From assembly GCA_965205485.1 (NCBI GenBank), contig OZ242180.1, positions 4,512,001 through 4,576,000 of the forward strand: a stretch of 64,000 nucleotides of DNA, written 5' to 3'. This stretch comes from Candidatus Latescibacterota bacterium. GTDB lineage: Bacteria > Latescibacterota > UBA2968 > GCA-2709665. Both the position numbers and the translations under genes were made by a program. Positions 39,325 through 49,938 of this stretch are shown here, piece after piece. Every line of letters starts with the position of its first letter. The stretch's first letter is position 1. The notes under the pieces are model-generated. The model saw nothing but the letters and a program-made list of their open reading frames with translations, was not told where the DNA came from and ran no database searches.

Positions 39325-40686
39325 TCAGGAACCCAGATTGTATTTCTTGATCTTGTATTGCAGCGCACGCACACTGATACCCAGAATTCGGGCTGCTTCC
39401 TTCCGGTTGGAGGTCACGTGGGCCAGCGTGTTCTCTATCAACAGGCGTTCCGCTTCCTCGATGGAGGAATTCAACGGAACAACAAGCTCCTTCCGGACCG
39501 GCGCGATCGCGCGGATGGCCGTGGGCAGCCGTTTGGGGCCGACACGGGTTTCCGGACACGTCACCACGATACGCTCCACCGTATTCTTCAGTTCCCGGAC
39601 GTTGCCCGGCCAGGCGTAATTCAGAATCATCCGCATCGCGTCCGGGGTGAATCGTTTCCTGGATTTCTGATGAACCGCGCAGAGTTCATCCATGAACGTC
39701 TCCACAAGCAATGGAATATCGTCCTTGCGATCCATCAGTTGCGGCAGCCGAATGGGTACGACGTTGATCCTGTAAAACAGATCTTCGCGGAATCGACCCT
39801 CCCTGACTTCCAGATCCAGATTTCTGTTCGTGGCAAAGATGATTCGCACGTCAGCCTTTCTCGATTCGTTGCTGCCAACGGGCGTATATATCTTTTCCTC
39901 CAGAACGCGCAGGAGATCCACCTGATTCGCCAGCGGAATCTCGCCGACTTCGTCGAGGAACAGCGTGCCGCCCTCGGCGGCTGCGAAACGTCCCGGTTTG
40001 TCAGCGTGGGCGCCCGTAAATGCACCCCTGACGTGGCCGAACAACTCTCGCTCGAACAATGTCTCCGGAACGGCTCCGCAATTAACCGCGACAAGCGGCC
40101 CCGTGTTGCGGCTGCTACGCTGGTGGACGGCCCGGGCGACAAGCTCCTTGCCCGTGCCGGTATCGCCCATTACCAGTACGGGCACATCGGTTATCGCCGC
40201 CTGCGCCAGCGTGTCGCAGACATGCTGCATGGCGGCGCTCCGGTTCACGATCTGACCGAAGGCCTCCGTCGAACCCAGCCAGGCCCGGAGTTCCTTGTTC
40301 TCGGCAACCAGCGCCTGATGTTCCAGGAGGTGTTGCAGGGACAGATGAAGCCGCTTGAGGTCCACCGGCTTCGCCAGGTAATCATACGCGCCCAGTCGCA
40401 TGGCGTCGACCGCCGTGGAGACCTCGCCGAAGGCGGTGATAATGATGACGCCGGTGTCGGGGCTGGTTTTCTTCAGCCGTTTCAACAGGGTGATGCCGTC
40501 GATTACCGGCATCTTGAGATCCAGTATGGCCGCATGATAGACCCGCGCATCCAGACGTTCGGCCGCCTCCTCGCCGTCGTAGGCAACATCGACCGAATAC
40601 CCGACGTTCGTCAGCGACTCCTTGAGCCCCTCACATATGTGGTACTCGTCGTCGGCCACAAAGACCCTGATGTCTCTCGCTTTCAT
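39325..40686 (-). CDS. sigma54-dependent (NtrC-family) response regulator
   Basis: Receiver (DDE, LDLKMP, KP), GDTGTGKE, GAFTGA, LFLDEVGE, WPGNVREL, Fis HTH. Confidence 0.95.
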   Translation of the reverse strand: MKARDIRVFVADDEYHICEGLKESLTNVGYSVDVAYDGEEAAERLDARVYHAAILDLKMPVIDGITLLKRLKKTSPDTGVIIITAFGEVSTAVDAMRLGAYDYLAKPVDLKRLHLSLQHLLEHQALVAENKELRAWLGSTEAFGQIVNRSAAMQHVCDTLAQAAITDVPVLVMGDTGTGKELVARAVHQRSSRNTGPLVAVNCGAVPETLFERELFGHVRGAFTGAHADKPGRFAAAEGGTLFLDEVGEIPLANQVDLLRVLEEKIYTPVGSNESRKADVRIIFATNRNLDLEVREGRFREDLFYRINVVPIRLPQLMDRKDDIPLLVETFMDELCAVHQKSRKRFTPDAMRMILNYAWPGNVRELKNTVERIVVTCPETRVGPKRLPTAIRAIAPVRKELVVPLNSSIEEAERLLIENTLAHVTSNRKEAARILGISVRALQYKIKKYNLGS

Positions 40687-40729
40687 CTCACTCCGCCGGC
40701 GCGACCGCCGGTACCTTTCGGCAGGCAGG

Positions 40730-41800
40730 CTAACCGGTCTGTCCGGCGATCGGCATATGAATCCTGAACACGGTTCCCTTCCCTGTTTCGCTCTTCACCT
40801 CGATGTGGCCACGATGCTGATAGATAATCTGCTGGGCGATGGAGAGACCGAGCCCGGTACCTTCGTCGCGGGTGGTATAGTAATACTCGAAGATACGATC
40901 GATCTCCTCGTCCGGAATCCCGCAGCCGGTATCCGAAATTGACAGGCATACATGTCCGGCGTCGGAATCCAACCACGTTCGCGCGCGCAGTTGCCCATCG
41001 GATTCCATCGCCTGGAATGCGTTTACCGTTATGTTCAGGACGGCCTGGCCCAGCTGGCTATCGTCTCCACTCACCGTGGGAAGACCGTCACGAAGATCCA
41101 GGTCCAGCCGGATACCCCGGTCCCGGGCTTCCGGAGAGACCAGATCGAACACATGCTGTACCACGTTGTTCAGGCAGACCCGTTTCAGATCCAGTCTCGG
41201 CGTTCTGGAAAACCTCAGAAAATTATGCACGATCCGGTCAAGCCGCTTCATCTCCATCTGGGCGATTTTGAGCCTGCGGTCCATGCGGCTCCGCACCCCC
41301 TCATCCACCGCCCGAAGATCGTCTTCCAGGAGCTGCAACTGAATGTCCACCGCACCCAGCGGATTCCGGACCTCGTGCGCGACGGATGCGGCCAGGCGCC
41401 CGAGCGCGCTCATTTTCGCGACCTGATACGTCTCCCACTCCATCTGCTTCAGGGCGGAAACGTCCTGTACAACCAGAACCAGCCCCAGTTTCGAACCGGC
41501 TTTCAGGTACGACGTGGTTGCGCCCAGTCGACGCATTCCGCCGTCGCCCTGGTGCAACATCAGATCCCTCGGCTCCGGGTACAGGCAACCACGAAACCCG
41601 GCCTCCAGAATCTTCAGCAGTTCCGGGCTTGCGGCGAACAGCTCGGCGGCCCCGCGCCCCACCGCGGCCTGTCCGGCCAGTCCCAGAAGGCGAATCGATG
41701 CCCCGTTGGCCAACACGACGATGCGATGCCGGTCGAACGCAATCACGCCTTCGTTCAAGCCCTCGAGCAGCGCGGCGTATTCCGAAGCGGATTTCGGCAT
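40730..41800 (-). CDS. Cytoplasmic PAS-domain sensor histidine kinase (NtrB-like)
   Basis: PAS-like N-terminus, AHEVRNPL H-box, N box, DTGCGI, GTGLGL; no TM segment. Confidence 0.92.
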   Translation of the reverse strand: MPKSASEYAALLEGLNEGVIAFDRHRIVVLANGASIRLLGLAGQAAVGRGAAELFAASPELLKILEAGFRGCLYPEPRDLMLHQGDGGMRRLGATTSYLKAGSKLGLVLVVQDVSALKQMEWETYQVAKMSALGRLAASVAHEVRNPLGAVDIQLQLLEDDLRAVDEGVRSRMDRRLKIAQMEMKRLDRIVHNFLRFSRTPRLDLKRVCLNNVVQHVFDLVSPEARDRGIRLDLDLRDGLPTVSGDDSQLGQAVLNITVNAFQAMESDGQLRARTWLDSDAGHVCLSISDTGCGIPDEEIDRIFEYYYTTRDEGTGLGLSIAQQIIYQHRGHIEVKSETGKGTVFRIHMPIAGQTG

Positions 41801-41949
41801 GTCGGCTCCCCGGGTGACTCTCGTAACCTATGCAGTCCACTCTTAAAAGGCAAGTCCGATTCTCCATCCGTACCACCTGCTTCGGGTACCAATCCTGCGA
41901 TACAACCGGGCGGCATTTTCTCTATCTTACGGAAAAATAAATAAAAAAC

Positions 41950-41978
41950 TTGACAACCCTGTGTTCTTGGTTTACTTT
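41950..41978 (+). promoter_or_regulatory. rho promoter TTGACA-17-TACTTT
   Basis: Near-consensus with A-rich UP element. Confidence 0.65.
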
Positions 41979-42209
41979 TTCAGTGTAATTCTCCCGCTTC
42001 CTTCCCACTTTTTTACCGCACATATACAGACGACTCCTCGCTTCAGGCATCCTTTGCTACACGAACTTCCTCTGATTCGCCTCCTTTAGTCAGACACGTC
42101 CGACCCGTTTCTCCGCTGCTGCCTCCGCCTGTCCAAGTTCGGCCGCAGTCCCTGAGAGACAAGCCGCCTGTAGCCCCCACGCAGCATTTTCGACACATTG
42201 GATCCGCCA

Positions 42210-43517
42210 ATGGCAACCGAAACGACCAGGGCAGTCCCGAAAGCGCCGCCGCGGGCAGGTGGCGTAGAAATACTGGAACTCCAGAACATGACCATTTCGG
42301 AACTCGCAAGGTTGGCCCAGTCCCTCGAGATCCATAGCTACGGCAGCCTGAGAAAACAGGAACTGATTTTCGCAATCATCCAAGCGCAGACTGCCAAAAA
42401 CGGCCTGATTCTGGCCAAGGGCGTTCTGGAAATCCTGGAAGACGGTTTCGGTTTCCTGCGGTCTCCCAATTACAATTATCTCCCGGGCCCGGATGACATC
42501 TACGTTTCACATTCGCAGATCAAGCGCTTCAATCTCCGCACGGGAGACACCATTTCCGGTCAGATTCGCCCGCCCAAGAACGACGAGAAGTATTTCGCGC
42601 TCATTCGGGTTGAGGCCGTAAACTTCGAAGATCCGGAGCTGGCCAAACAGAAAACGCTCTTCGATAACCTCACGCCGTTGCATCCGCGGCAGCGCATGAA
42701 ACTCGAATACGATTCGAATGACTTCTCAACTCGAATCATGAATCTGCTGACACCGATCGGCAAGGGCCAGCGCGGCATGATTGTAGCCCCGCCCTTTACG
42801 GGCAAAACCATGCTGCTGCAGAAAATAGCCAATGCAATCACCGAGAACCACCCGGAAATCAATCTCATCGTACTCCTGATAGACGAACGACCTGAGGAAG
42901 TGACCGACATGCTGCGGTCCGTCAACGGAGAAGTCATCAGTTCCACCTTCGACGAACCCCCGACCCGGCATGTACAGGTGGCGGATATGGTCATCGAAAA
43001 GGCCAAGCGTCTGGTGGAACATCAACAGGACGTCGTCATTCTCCTGGACAGCATCACGCGCCTCGCCCGGGCCTATAACAACGTCGTTCCCCATAGCGGC
43101 CGCATCCTTACCGGCGGCCTCGACTCCAGTGCCATGCAGTGGCCCAAGCGATTCTTCGGCGCCGCGCGAAACATCGAAGAAGGCGGCAGTCTGACCATCC
43201 TGTCCACTGCCCTCGTTGAAACCGGAAGCCGTATGGACGAGGTCATTTTCGAGGAATTCAAGGGTACCGGCAACATGGAATTGAAACTGGACCGGCGCCT
43301 GAGCAACCGGCGCATCTATCCAGCTATCGACGTTACCCTTTCAGGAACCCGGAAAGAGGAACTGCTGCTCGACGAAAAGGAACTCAACCGGGTCTGGATT
43401 CTGCGCCGACTCCTCAACCAGATGCCTGCCCTCGAAGCCATGGAGTTCCTCAAGGAAAAGATGGCAGGTACCAGAAGCAACGAGGCCTTCCTGGATTCAA
43501 TGAACAGGCAGTTGTAA
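42210..43517 (+). CDS. rho: Transcription termination factor Rho
   Basis: [55 protein letters not shown]. Confidence 0.98.
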   Translation: MATETTRAVPKAPPRAGGVEILELQNMTISELARLAQSLEIHSYGSLRKQELIFAIIQAQTAKNGLILAKGVLEILEDGFGFLRSPNYNYLPGPDDIYVSHSQIKRFNLRTGDTISGQIRPPKNDEKYFALIRVEAVNFEDPELAKQKTLFDNLTPLHPRQRMKLEYDSNDFSTRIMNLLTPIGKGQRGMIVAPPFTGKTMLLQKIANAITENHPEINLIVLLIDERPEEVTDMLRSVNGEVISSTFDEPPTRHVQVADMVIEKAKRLVEHQQDVVILLDSITRLARAYNNVVPHSGRILTGGLDSSAMQWPKRFFGAARNIEEGGSLTILSTALVETGSRMDEVIFEEFKGTGNMELKLDRRLSNRRIYPAIDVTLSGTRKEELLLDEKELNRVWILRRLLNQMPALEAMEFLKEKMAGTRSNEAFLDSMNRQL

Positions 43518-43641
43518 GCGCGGCTGTCAGGACCCGCCGACCCGCCAATTTCCTTTAAGTTCTTGCGCGGGAAATCTGTTTTACCTATATTATGAGGCTG
43601 ATTTTGTCGTCGATTCATCCGGATCTGAGGGTATTCGTCAC

Positions 43642-43899
43642 GTGAAACCGAATATTCATCCTGAATACGTCGAAACCACCATCACCTGCGCCTGCGGGAA
43701 TTCCCTGGAAACGCACGGGACCGTGCCCGGACTGCGGGTGGACATCTGCTCCAACTGCCATCCGTTCTACACGGGCAAGCAGCGACTGGTGGACACAGCG
43801 GGCATGGTGGAACGATACCGGCGGCGTTACAATATAGACGAAGAAGATGCCGGGAACGTCCCAGAGCAGGCCGACGCGAAGGCAACCGCCGAAGATTAG
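43642..43899 (+). CDS. rpmE: 50S ribosomal protein L31 (zinc-binding type A)
   Basis: [24 protein letters not shown]. Confidence 0.96.
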   Translation: MKPNIHPEYVETTITCACGNSLETHGTVPGLRVDICSNCHPFYTGKQRLVDTAGMVERYRRRYNIDEEDAGNVPEQADAKATAED

Positions 43900-44036
43900 C
43901 CATCAAATGTGTCACACAAGGTGAAACGGCATCGTCCGCCCGCCGGGGGACGTGCGTACCGCTTCGCCTTTTTTGTTGTCTCACCTGAAGATATCCGGAT
44001 GCTGCCGTCCATTGGAAAAACTGACAGGGAAATCGA

Positions 44037-45125
44037 ATGTTCGGTCAACTTGAAGAGGTCGAAAACCGATTTGAAGAGATCCGAAGTGAGATGGCCCGGC
44101 CGGACGTCGCGGCCAACCCCGGCAGGTTCAGGGAACTCACCATGGAGTTTCGCCGTCTTGAAGAAATCGTCAGCAGTTACCGCGAATACCGTAAGATTGT
44201 AACCGGCCTGGAGGAAGCCGGAGAGATCATCCGGGACTCGAGTGACGCCGAACTGGTTGAAATCGCCCGGGAGGAGCTTGCCGAACTCGAACGCGAGGAA
44301 GCCCGGCTTACCGGGAAACTTCAGTTCCTGCTGATCCCCCGGGATCCCAACGACAGCAAGAACACCATTGTGGAGATCCGCGCCGGCGCCGGCGGCGAAG
44401 AGGCGGCGCTGTTTGCCGCCGATCTGTACAGGATGTACTCCCGTTACTCCGAATCAAAGGGGTGGCGGGCCGAACTGCTCAGCGCCAATCCGACCGGCAT
44501 CGGCGGATTCAAGGAGGTTATCTTCTCGGTTGGTGGAAGCGATGTCTACGGAAATCTGAAGTACGAAAGCGGCGTACACCGCGTACAGCGCATACCCGAG
44601 ACCGAGTCCAGCGGGCGCATCCATACATCCACTTCCACGGTTGCCGTACTGCCCGAAGCGGAAGACGTGGATATCGAGGTCAATCCCGAAGATATCAGGG
44701 TTGACGTGTACCGTTCCTCGGGGCCGGGAGGCCAGAGTGTCAATACCACCGATTCGGCCGTTCGGATTACCCATTTGCCCACCGGACTGATCGTACAGTG
44801 CCAGGACGAAAAGTCCCAGCACAAGAACAAGGCCAGGGCGATGAAGGTCCTCCGCGCGCGACTCCTGGATCGCGCCCTTCAGGACCAGCGGGACACGACC
44901 TCCCGGAGCCGGAGGGCCCAGGTCGGCACGGGCGACCGAAGCGCGAAGATCCGCACGTACAATTTTCCCCAGGGCCGGGTTACGGACCACCGGATCAAGC
45001 TCACGCTCCACAAACTCGAAGAGACGCTCGAAGGCGATCTTGACGAATTCATCAAGGCCCTGCGCCTGGCAGACCATACCGAGAAGATAAAAGACGCCGA
45101 GCCGAATACCCAGGTGTCCACATGA
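44037..45125 (+). CDS. prfA: Peptide chain release factor 1
   Basis: [14 protein letters not shown] tripeptide, [17 protein letters not shown]. Confidence 0.97.
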   Translation: MFGQLEEVENRFEEIRSEMARPDVAANPGRFRELTMEFRRLEEIVSSYREYRKIVTGLEEAGEIIRDSSDAELVEIAREELAELEREEARLTGKLQFLLIPRDPNDSKNTIVEIRAGAGGEEAALFAADLYRMYSRYSESKGWRAELLSANPTGIGGFKEVIFSVGGSDVYGNLKYESGVHRVQRIPETESSGRIHTSTSTVAVLPEAEDVDIEVNPEDIRVDVYRSSGPGGQSVNTTDSAVRITHLPTGLIVQCQDEKSQHKNKARAMKVLRARLLDRALQDQRDTTSRSRRAQVGTGDRSAKIRTYNFPQGRVTDHRIKLTLHKLEETLEGDLDEFIKALRLADHTEKIKDAEPNTQVST

Positions 45126-45147
45126 TACGATAGGGCCCGGGGCTTGG

Positions 45148-45246
45148 CAGCCCGTTGAAAAGGCCCATCCGGGCTGCGGCCGGCCATTGCGGTCGAAAAT
45201 CTGCGTTGCGCGGCCTCGCCTGCAGAGCGACTTTTCCAACGGACTG
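45148..45246. mobile_element. MITE family B, short copy
   Basis: TIRs CAGCCCGTTGAAAAG / CTTTTCCAACGGACTG; flanks TTGG/TTAG. Confidence 0.75.
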
Positions 45247-45261
45247 TTAGACGGGCAGGCC

Positions 45262-46137
45262 ATGGCCGAATTCTCCTCGCTTCCCATCACCTCCGATGTC
45301 CTCGCCGTTTTGACGCGCAGCCTGGCGGATGCCGGCGTACCGGATCCGCGCACCGACGTTGAGTGGCTGCTTGCCCACGTCCTGAAAACCAGCCGTTCCG
45401 GCATCTTCGCGAACCCGCGTCGACGACTTTCGCCGGCGCAGGTTGAACGGATTCGGGATTTCGTGCAAAAGCGGCGCGCACGCGTGCCGCTTCAGCATCT
45501 GCTTGGCGAAACCGAGTTTTTCTCCCTTCCTTTTTACGTCGGCCCCGACGCGCTCATCCCCCGTCCTGAAACAGAAATTCTCGTCGAATCGCTGGTCGAC
45601 CGCCTGGATGGCCAAACAAGGCCGCGGATTCTGGATGTCGGTACCGGGGCCGGTCCTGTTGCCGTGGCGCTTGCCCACGCGCTTCCCGGGAGCCGCCTGG
45701 TTGCGACCGATGTTTCCTCGAAAGCAATGCGGCTTGCGGTCCGCAATGCCTTCCGCAACGAAGTACGGCACCGGATCGACTTTGTTTGTGCTGATCTTTT
45801 CGCCGCATTCCGGACACGTGCCGTGTTTCACGCGGTTGTTTCCAATCCCCCCTACATCGCCACCCGCGATCTGCCGGCCCTTCAGCCCGAAGTCCGCTGC
45901 TTCGACCCCCCGCTCGCGCTCGACGGCGGGCCGGATGGACTCGCCTTCCACCGTTTGATTATCGACCGGGCGCCGGACCACGTCTGCACGGGTGGGTGGC
46001 TGGCCCTGGAAGTCGGCGACGGCGCAGCTCCCGACGTGTTGAATCTCCTGGAAAAATCGCCGGAGTTCGTCCATGAACGGACCGTCTCCGATCTCACCGG
46101 TACGGAACGCGTTCTGCTGGCCAGAAAGCGCGCATAG
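45262..46137 (+). CDS. prmC: Release factor glutamine methyltransferase
   Basis: PLQH..G, LIPRPETE, LDVGTG.G, SNPPY, ALDGG.DGL; follows prfA. Confidence 0.95.
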   Translation: MAEFSSLPITSDVLAVLTRSLADAGVPDPRTDVEWLLAHVLKTSRSGIFANPRRRLSPAQVERIRDFVQKRRARVPLQHLLGETEFFSLPFYVGPDALIPRPETEILVESLVDRLDGQTRPRILDVGTGAGPVAVALAHALPGSRLVATDVSSKAMRLAVRNAFRNEVRHRIDFVCADLFAAFRTRAVFHAVVSNPPYIATRDLPALQPEVRCFDPPLALDGGPDGLAFHRLIIDRAPDHVCTGGWLALEVGDGAAPDVLNLLEKSPEFVHERTVSDLTGTERVLLARKRA

Positions 46138-46172
46138 CCGACGCTTGTGCTCTGTCCCTGCATGACATCTGC

Positions 46173-46201
46173 TTGACCCCCAAATTGCCGATCGCTATAT
46201 T
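46173..46201 (+). promoter_or_regulatory. sigma70-type promoter TTGACC-17-TATATT
   Basis: Near-consensus match. Confidence 0.6.
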
Positions 46202-46281
46202 GACATCCCATATCGCGACGGACCGGGCTCGAGGTAGGCGACCCGTGTTTCCTGCCCGCTTCCAGCCAATCGGGAGTCTCC

Positions 46282-48153
46282 ATGACCGTACCCGACGTCA
46301 AACGTCTCATGCCTGAGACTCTGGAACATCCCTATCTGCACTTCGACAGGTCGGACCTCGACCGGGTGCGCGCGCTCTGCCTGGACGGCTCCCATTCGGA
46401 CGTATACGCGCAGACGCGGGAGCGGTTGAACGCTCACCTCGACCTCCCGTTCCCAACGCCGCCACCGAGAGAGGACAGCTACCGGAACGGCATCTGGGAG
46501 GCATACAGCCGGCTTTCCGCCGAAGCGCGGAATCTCGTTGAAGACTACGTGCTGGCTTACGCCGTCGACCAGGATCAGGCCTACTTCGAAAAAGCCTGGG
46601 AAGGCCTCGCTTCAATGATGAGCTGGCCCTCCTGGGTCCACCCGGTCCACGAATTCATGCTTCTGGACCTGGACGGCAGCCACACCTGCGCCTGCTTCGC
46701 GGCGGCTTACGACCTGCTGTACGACGCCCTTTCCGAAAACCAGCGCCGTGAGCTCGAGTTCATGGTCTTTGCGCGCGGCCTGGCCCACTGCATCGGCGGC
46801 ATGCAGCGCCACTTCTGGGCTTCGCGGTACGACAGCAACTGGTGTTCCGTGTGCGTATCCAACATGGGCCTGTGCGCCATGGCCATGCTCGACGCGGGAC
46901 ACATCCATCTGAGGACGGAGATCCGCCCTCGCGAAGCCATGCTCGGCGTGATACGGGAGTGTATTGAACGCATCACGAAATTCTACGACGGCATCCAGAA
47001 CGACGGCTCGTGGAAGGAGGGTCCGGGGTACTGGAACTACGGAATCGTTACTTCCTTTCCGTTTTCGGATGCGCTCAGGCGGCTCACTTGCGGACAGATC
47101 AACCTGTACGATCATCCCAAACTCAGAAACACGGTCGAATTTCCCATCAACTGCTTTCTCCCGCCCGACCGCGTGGTCAACTTCGCCGACTGCGGCAAGC
47201 ATTTTCCGGACGGCATGGCCTTCCGCAAGTTCGCGCAGGAATACGGCAATCGGGCGGCCGCGTACTTCGATCGGGTCACCACGGACCGCCGGCCGTCCAT
47301 CAGACTGGCGGAACTCTTCTGGGATGCGACCGATACCGTTCCCGAACTGCCGGCCCCGCCCCACCCGTCCGTCTACTTTCCCGATGCCGGCTGGTGCGTG
47401 ATGCGAGGATCATGGAAGGATCCGAACGCCCCGATCATGGCGTTGAAAATCGGCGCTACCGTAGAACCCCACGGCCACGCGGACGTCGGGAACTATATTG
47501 TCCACGCCGGGCAAAGGACCGTTGTGCGCGAACTCGGCATCGGCCGCTACGGGGACCCGGGCGAATGGATCTTCAAGGCGACACACGGTCACAATCTGCC
47601 GCTCTTCGACGGACAGGGGCAGCCGGGCGACCGTCGCCTTGTCGGTACCGTGGAAGAGACCGAATTCACCGGCGCCCACGATTACCTCAGGGCTTCCATT
47701 GCCCCCGCCTACGGCATCGAAAAGCTCACGGCTTTCGTCCGGCATTTCCTCTTCCTCCGTCCGACGCTTATTGTCGTTATAGACGAGATCGAGGTCACGG
47801 ATGCGACCCGGATGGAGTCCCGCATTCACTTCTCGGACACGGCGGAAATAGCCGGGGCTTCGGCAGCGCTTGCCGACGGAGATACCGTTGTAAACGTGCG
47901 CCTGTTGGCGCCGTCGGCAGCGGTGTTTCACATGGGCCGGCACGAGGACCTGAAACCGGGTCACGCCGACGCCGAGAGCCTGGACGTCGGATACCTGAAA
48001 ATCGACACCGTGCTGGAGTCCGGTTCGGCCATGTTCGCCGTGGCCTTCGGTATCGACAGCGACCCGGCCGACGTCGTGTTGAATCCCCGTAACGGCAGCA
48101 TCACCGTCTCCCGGCAGGAACAGACGTTCAGGATGGACACTGCCCTGGTCTGA
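46282..48153 (+). CDS. Heparinase II/III-family (oligosaccharide lyase-like) protein
   Basis: HPYL.F, AYD..Y, NW..V, DG.W.EG..YW.YG, NFAD, H.H.D, HN motifs. Confidence 0.8.
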   Translation: MTVPDVKRLMPETLEHPYLHFDRSDLDRVRALCLDGSHSDVYAQTRERLNAHLDLPFPTPPPREDSYRNGIWEAYSRLSAEARNLVEDYVLAYAVDQDQAYFEKAWEGLASMMSWPSWVHPVHEFMLLDLDGSHTCACFAAAYDLLYDALSENQRRELEFMVFARGLAHCIGGMQRHFWASRYDSNWCSVCVSNMGLCAMAMLDAGHIHLRTEIRPREAMLGVIRECIERITKFYDGIQNDGSWKEGPGYWNYGIVTSFPFSDALRRLTCGQINLYDHPKLRNTVEFPINCFLPPDRVVNFADCGKHFPDGMAFRKFAQEYGNRAAAYFDRVTTDRRPSIRLAELFWDATDTVPELPAPPHPSVYFPDAGWCVMRGSWKDPNAPIMALKIGATVEPHGHADVGNYIVHAGQRTVVRELGIGRYGDPGEWIFKATHGHNLPLFDGQGQPGDRRLVGTVEETEFTGAHDYLRASIAPAYGIEKLTAFVRHFLFLRPTLIVVIDEIEVTDATRMESRIHFSDTAEIAGASAALADGDTVVNVRLLAPSAAVFHMGRHEDLKPGHADAESLDVGYLKIDTVLESGSAMFAVAFGIDSDPADVVLNPRNGSITVSRQEQTFRMDTALV

Positions 48154-48207
48154 ATCAACGCCCGTCGGCGGCGGCGATCCGACAGCGGCTTCACTTTCTC
48201 CCGGCCC

Positions 48208-48993
48208 ATGCGAATAACCACCTGGAACGTGAACGGCCTGCGCGCCGCGCTCAGAAAGGGCTTCGCCAGGCACGTCGATCGGATCGCTCCGGACGTACTC
48301 CTCCTCCAGGAAATCCGGACGCTCCCCGAACAACTGCCCGCCGAGTGGATCAATCCGCGCGGCTGGCATGTCCACTGGCATCCCGCGGAACGCAAGGGGT
48401 ATTCCGGGGTTGCGATCTGGTCCCGCCATCGGTTCGAGGTTCTCGGCACCGGTATCCACGGGTCCGATCCGGAAGGCCGGATCCTCCAGGCGCGGGTACA
48501 GGGCGTCCGCATGGTCAACGTCTACCTGCCCTCGGGCTCATCCAGCGAAGATCGCCAGAAAATCAAGGAAGATCTTTGGATGGCGCGATTTCTGCCGTGG
48601 GCCGAGGATTACACGCAACGGGACGAACCCGTGGTCCTCGGAGGCGACTTCAACATTGCCCACACCGAAAAAGACATCTTCTACGCAAGGGGAAACGAGA
48701 AGAACTCAGGATTCCTGCCCCACGAAAGGCAGTGGATGACCGACCTGCTGGCTACGGGATGGAACGACTTTGTACGTCAACATTTCGGAGACGTGCATGG
48801 GCCCTATTCCTGGTGGTCCAATCGCGGGCGCGCCCGGGAACTCGACCGTGGGTGGCGGATCGACTACCTGCTGGGTAACGCCGCCGTCGCGGGACGATTC
48901 CGCAAAGCAGCCGTTCACCGGGAGGCCGGACTGACCGTTTCCGACCACGCGCCCGTCAGCATCGATCTCGGCCGCAACCCCCGTTCGATCTGA
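48208..48993 (+). CDS. xth: Exodeoxyribonuclease III
   Basis: TWNVNGLRA, LQE, KGYSGVA, GDFNIAH, YSWWS.R, GWRIDY, SDHAP. Confidence 0.95.
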   Translation: MRITTWNVNGLRAALRKGFARHVDRIAPDVLLLQEIRTLPEQLPAEWINPRGWHVHWHPAERKGYSGVAIWSRHRFEVLGTGIHGSDPEGRILQARVQGVRMVNVYLPSGSSSEDRQKIKEDLWMARFLPWAEDYTQRDEPVVLGGDFNIAHTEKDIFYARGNEKNSGFLPHERQWMTDLLATGWNDFVRQHFGDVHGPYSWWSNRGRARELDRGWRIDYLLGNAAVAGRFRKAAVHREAGLTVSDHAPVSIDLGRNPRSI

Positions 48994-49045
48994 ACGGGGG
49001 CCCGGCTTTATACGCCGTCTGGCCCCACGAAGAGGAGAATCGCCC

Positions 49046-49792
49046 TTGACCATACGACCGAACCGTGTCAAACGAAAACTCGCCAACGGCGGAATCGCCT
49101 GTATCGCAAGCGGTTTCACCCATCCCGACGACATTGACGCCTTCGGCAATACGGGCTTCGACGGCGTCTGGCTGGAAGGAGAGCACGGGCCCGTCAACGC
49201 GGCCGACCTCGGCAACCTCACGAGGGCCTGCGACCTCTGGGGGATGACCTCGATCGTCAGGGTCAACCGGAACGATCAGGCCCTGATCTACCGAACGCTG
49301 GACCGGGGGGCGCAGGGCATCGTCGTCCCCCACGTCAACACGGCGGCGGAGGCGCGGAACGTCGTCGATGGCGGTAAGTTCGCGCCGCTGGGCAAGCGCG
49401 GCCTCTTCACCAGCCGCCAGGGTTATGATGTACCCGATTATCTGTTATGCGCCAACGATGAAACGCTTCTTGTCGTCCTCATCGAGGACATCGCCGCGGT
49501 GCGGAACCTGGACTCCATCGTCGGGGTGGACCAGATTGACGTCTTCTTCGTCGCTCCGTCGGATCTGGCGGCTTCGATGGGCCAAATCGGCAACAACGAC
49601 CACCCCGATGTTCAACGCACGGTCGACGAGACCCTGATCCGCATCGGGGACGCGGGCCGAACGCCGGGCACCCTCACCACCAGCCACAATGTTGAGAAAT
49701 ACACGGACCTTGGCGCACGATTCCTGCTGACCACCATCGGCCCGTGGATCGCCGCCGGAGCAGCCGATTACCTGAAACGGGCACGGGGATAG
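49046..49792 (+). CDS. HpcH/HpaI aldolase family protein
   Basis: GFD.VWLEGEHG, LD.GA.GIVVPHV, P.G.RG, IE, FV.P.DL. Confidence 0.88.
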   Translation: MTIRPNRVKRKLANGGIACIASGFTHPDDIDAFGNTGFDGVWLEGEHGPVNAADLGNLTRACDLWGMTSIVRVNRNDQALIYRTLDRGAQGIVVPHVNTAAEARNVVDGGKFAPLGKRGLFTSRQGYDVPDYLLCANDETLLVVLIEDIAAVRNLDSIVGVDQIDVFFVAPSDLAASMGQIGNNDHPDVQRTVDETLIRIGDAGRTPGTLTTSHNVEKYTDLGARFLLTTIGPWIAAGAADYLKRARG

Positions 49793-49938
49793 CGGAATTC
49801 AGGTCTCCGTCCCGGCAATCGAGAGGTGTACATGTCGGCGGCGCGTTGTCGCCCGGGCAACCCGCCGGCCGGATTCCGGAAATCCATTTCCGAACGAGAT
49901 CACCGGGAGTTCGAGACCAGTCACAAGGCGAGAGCGCT

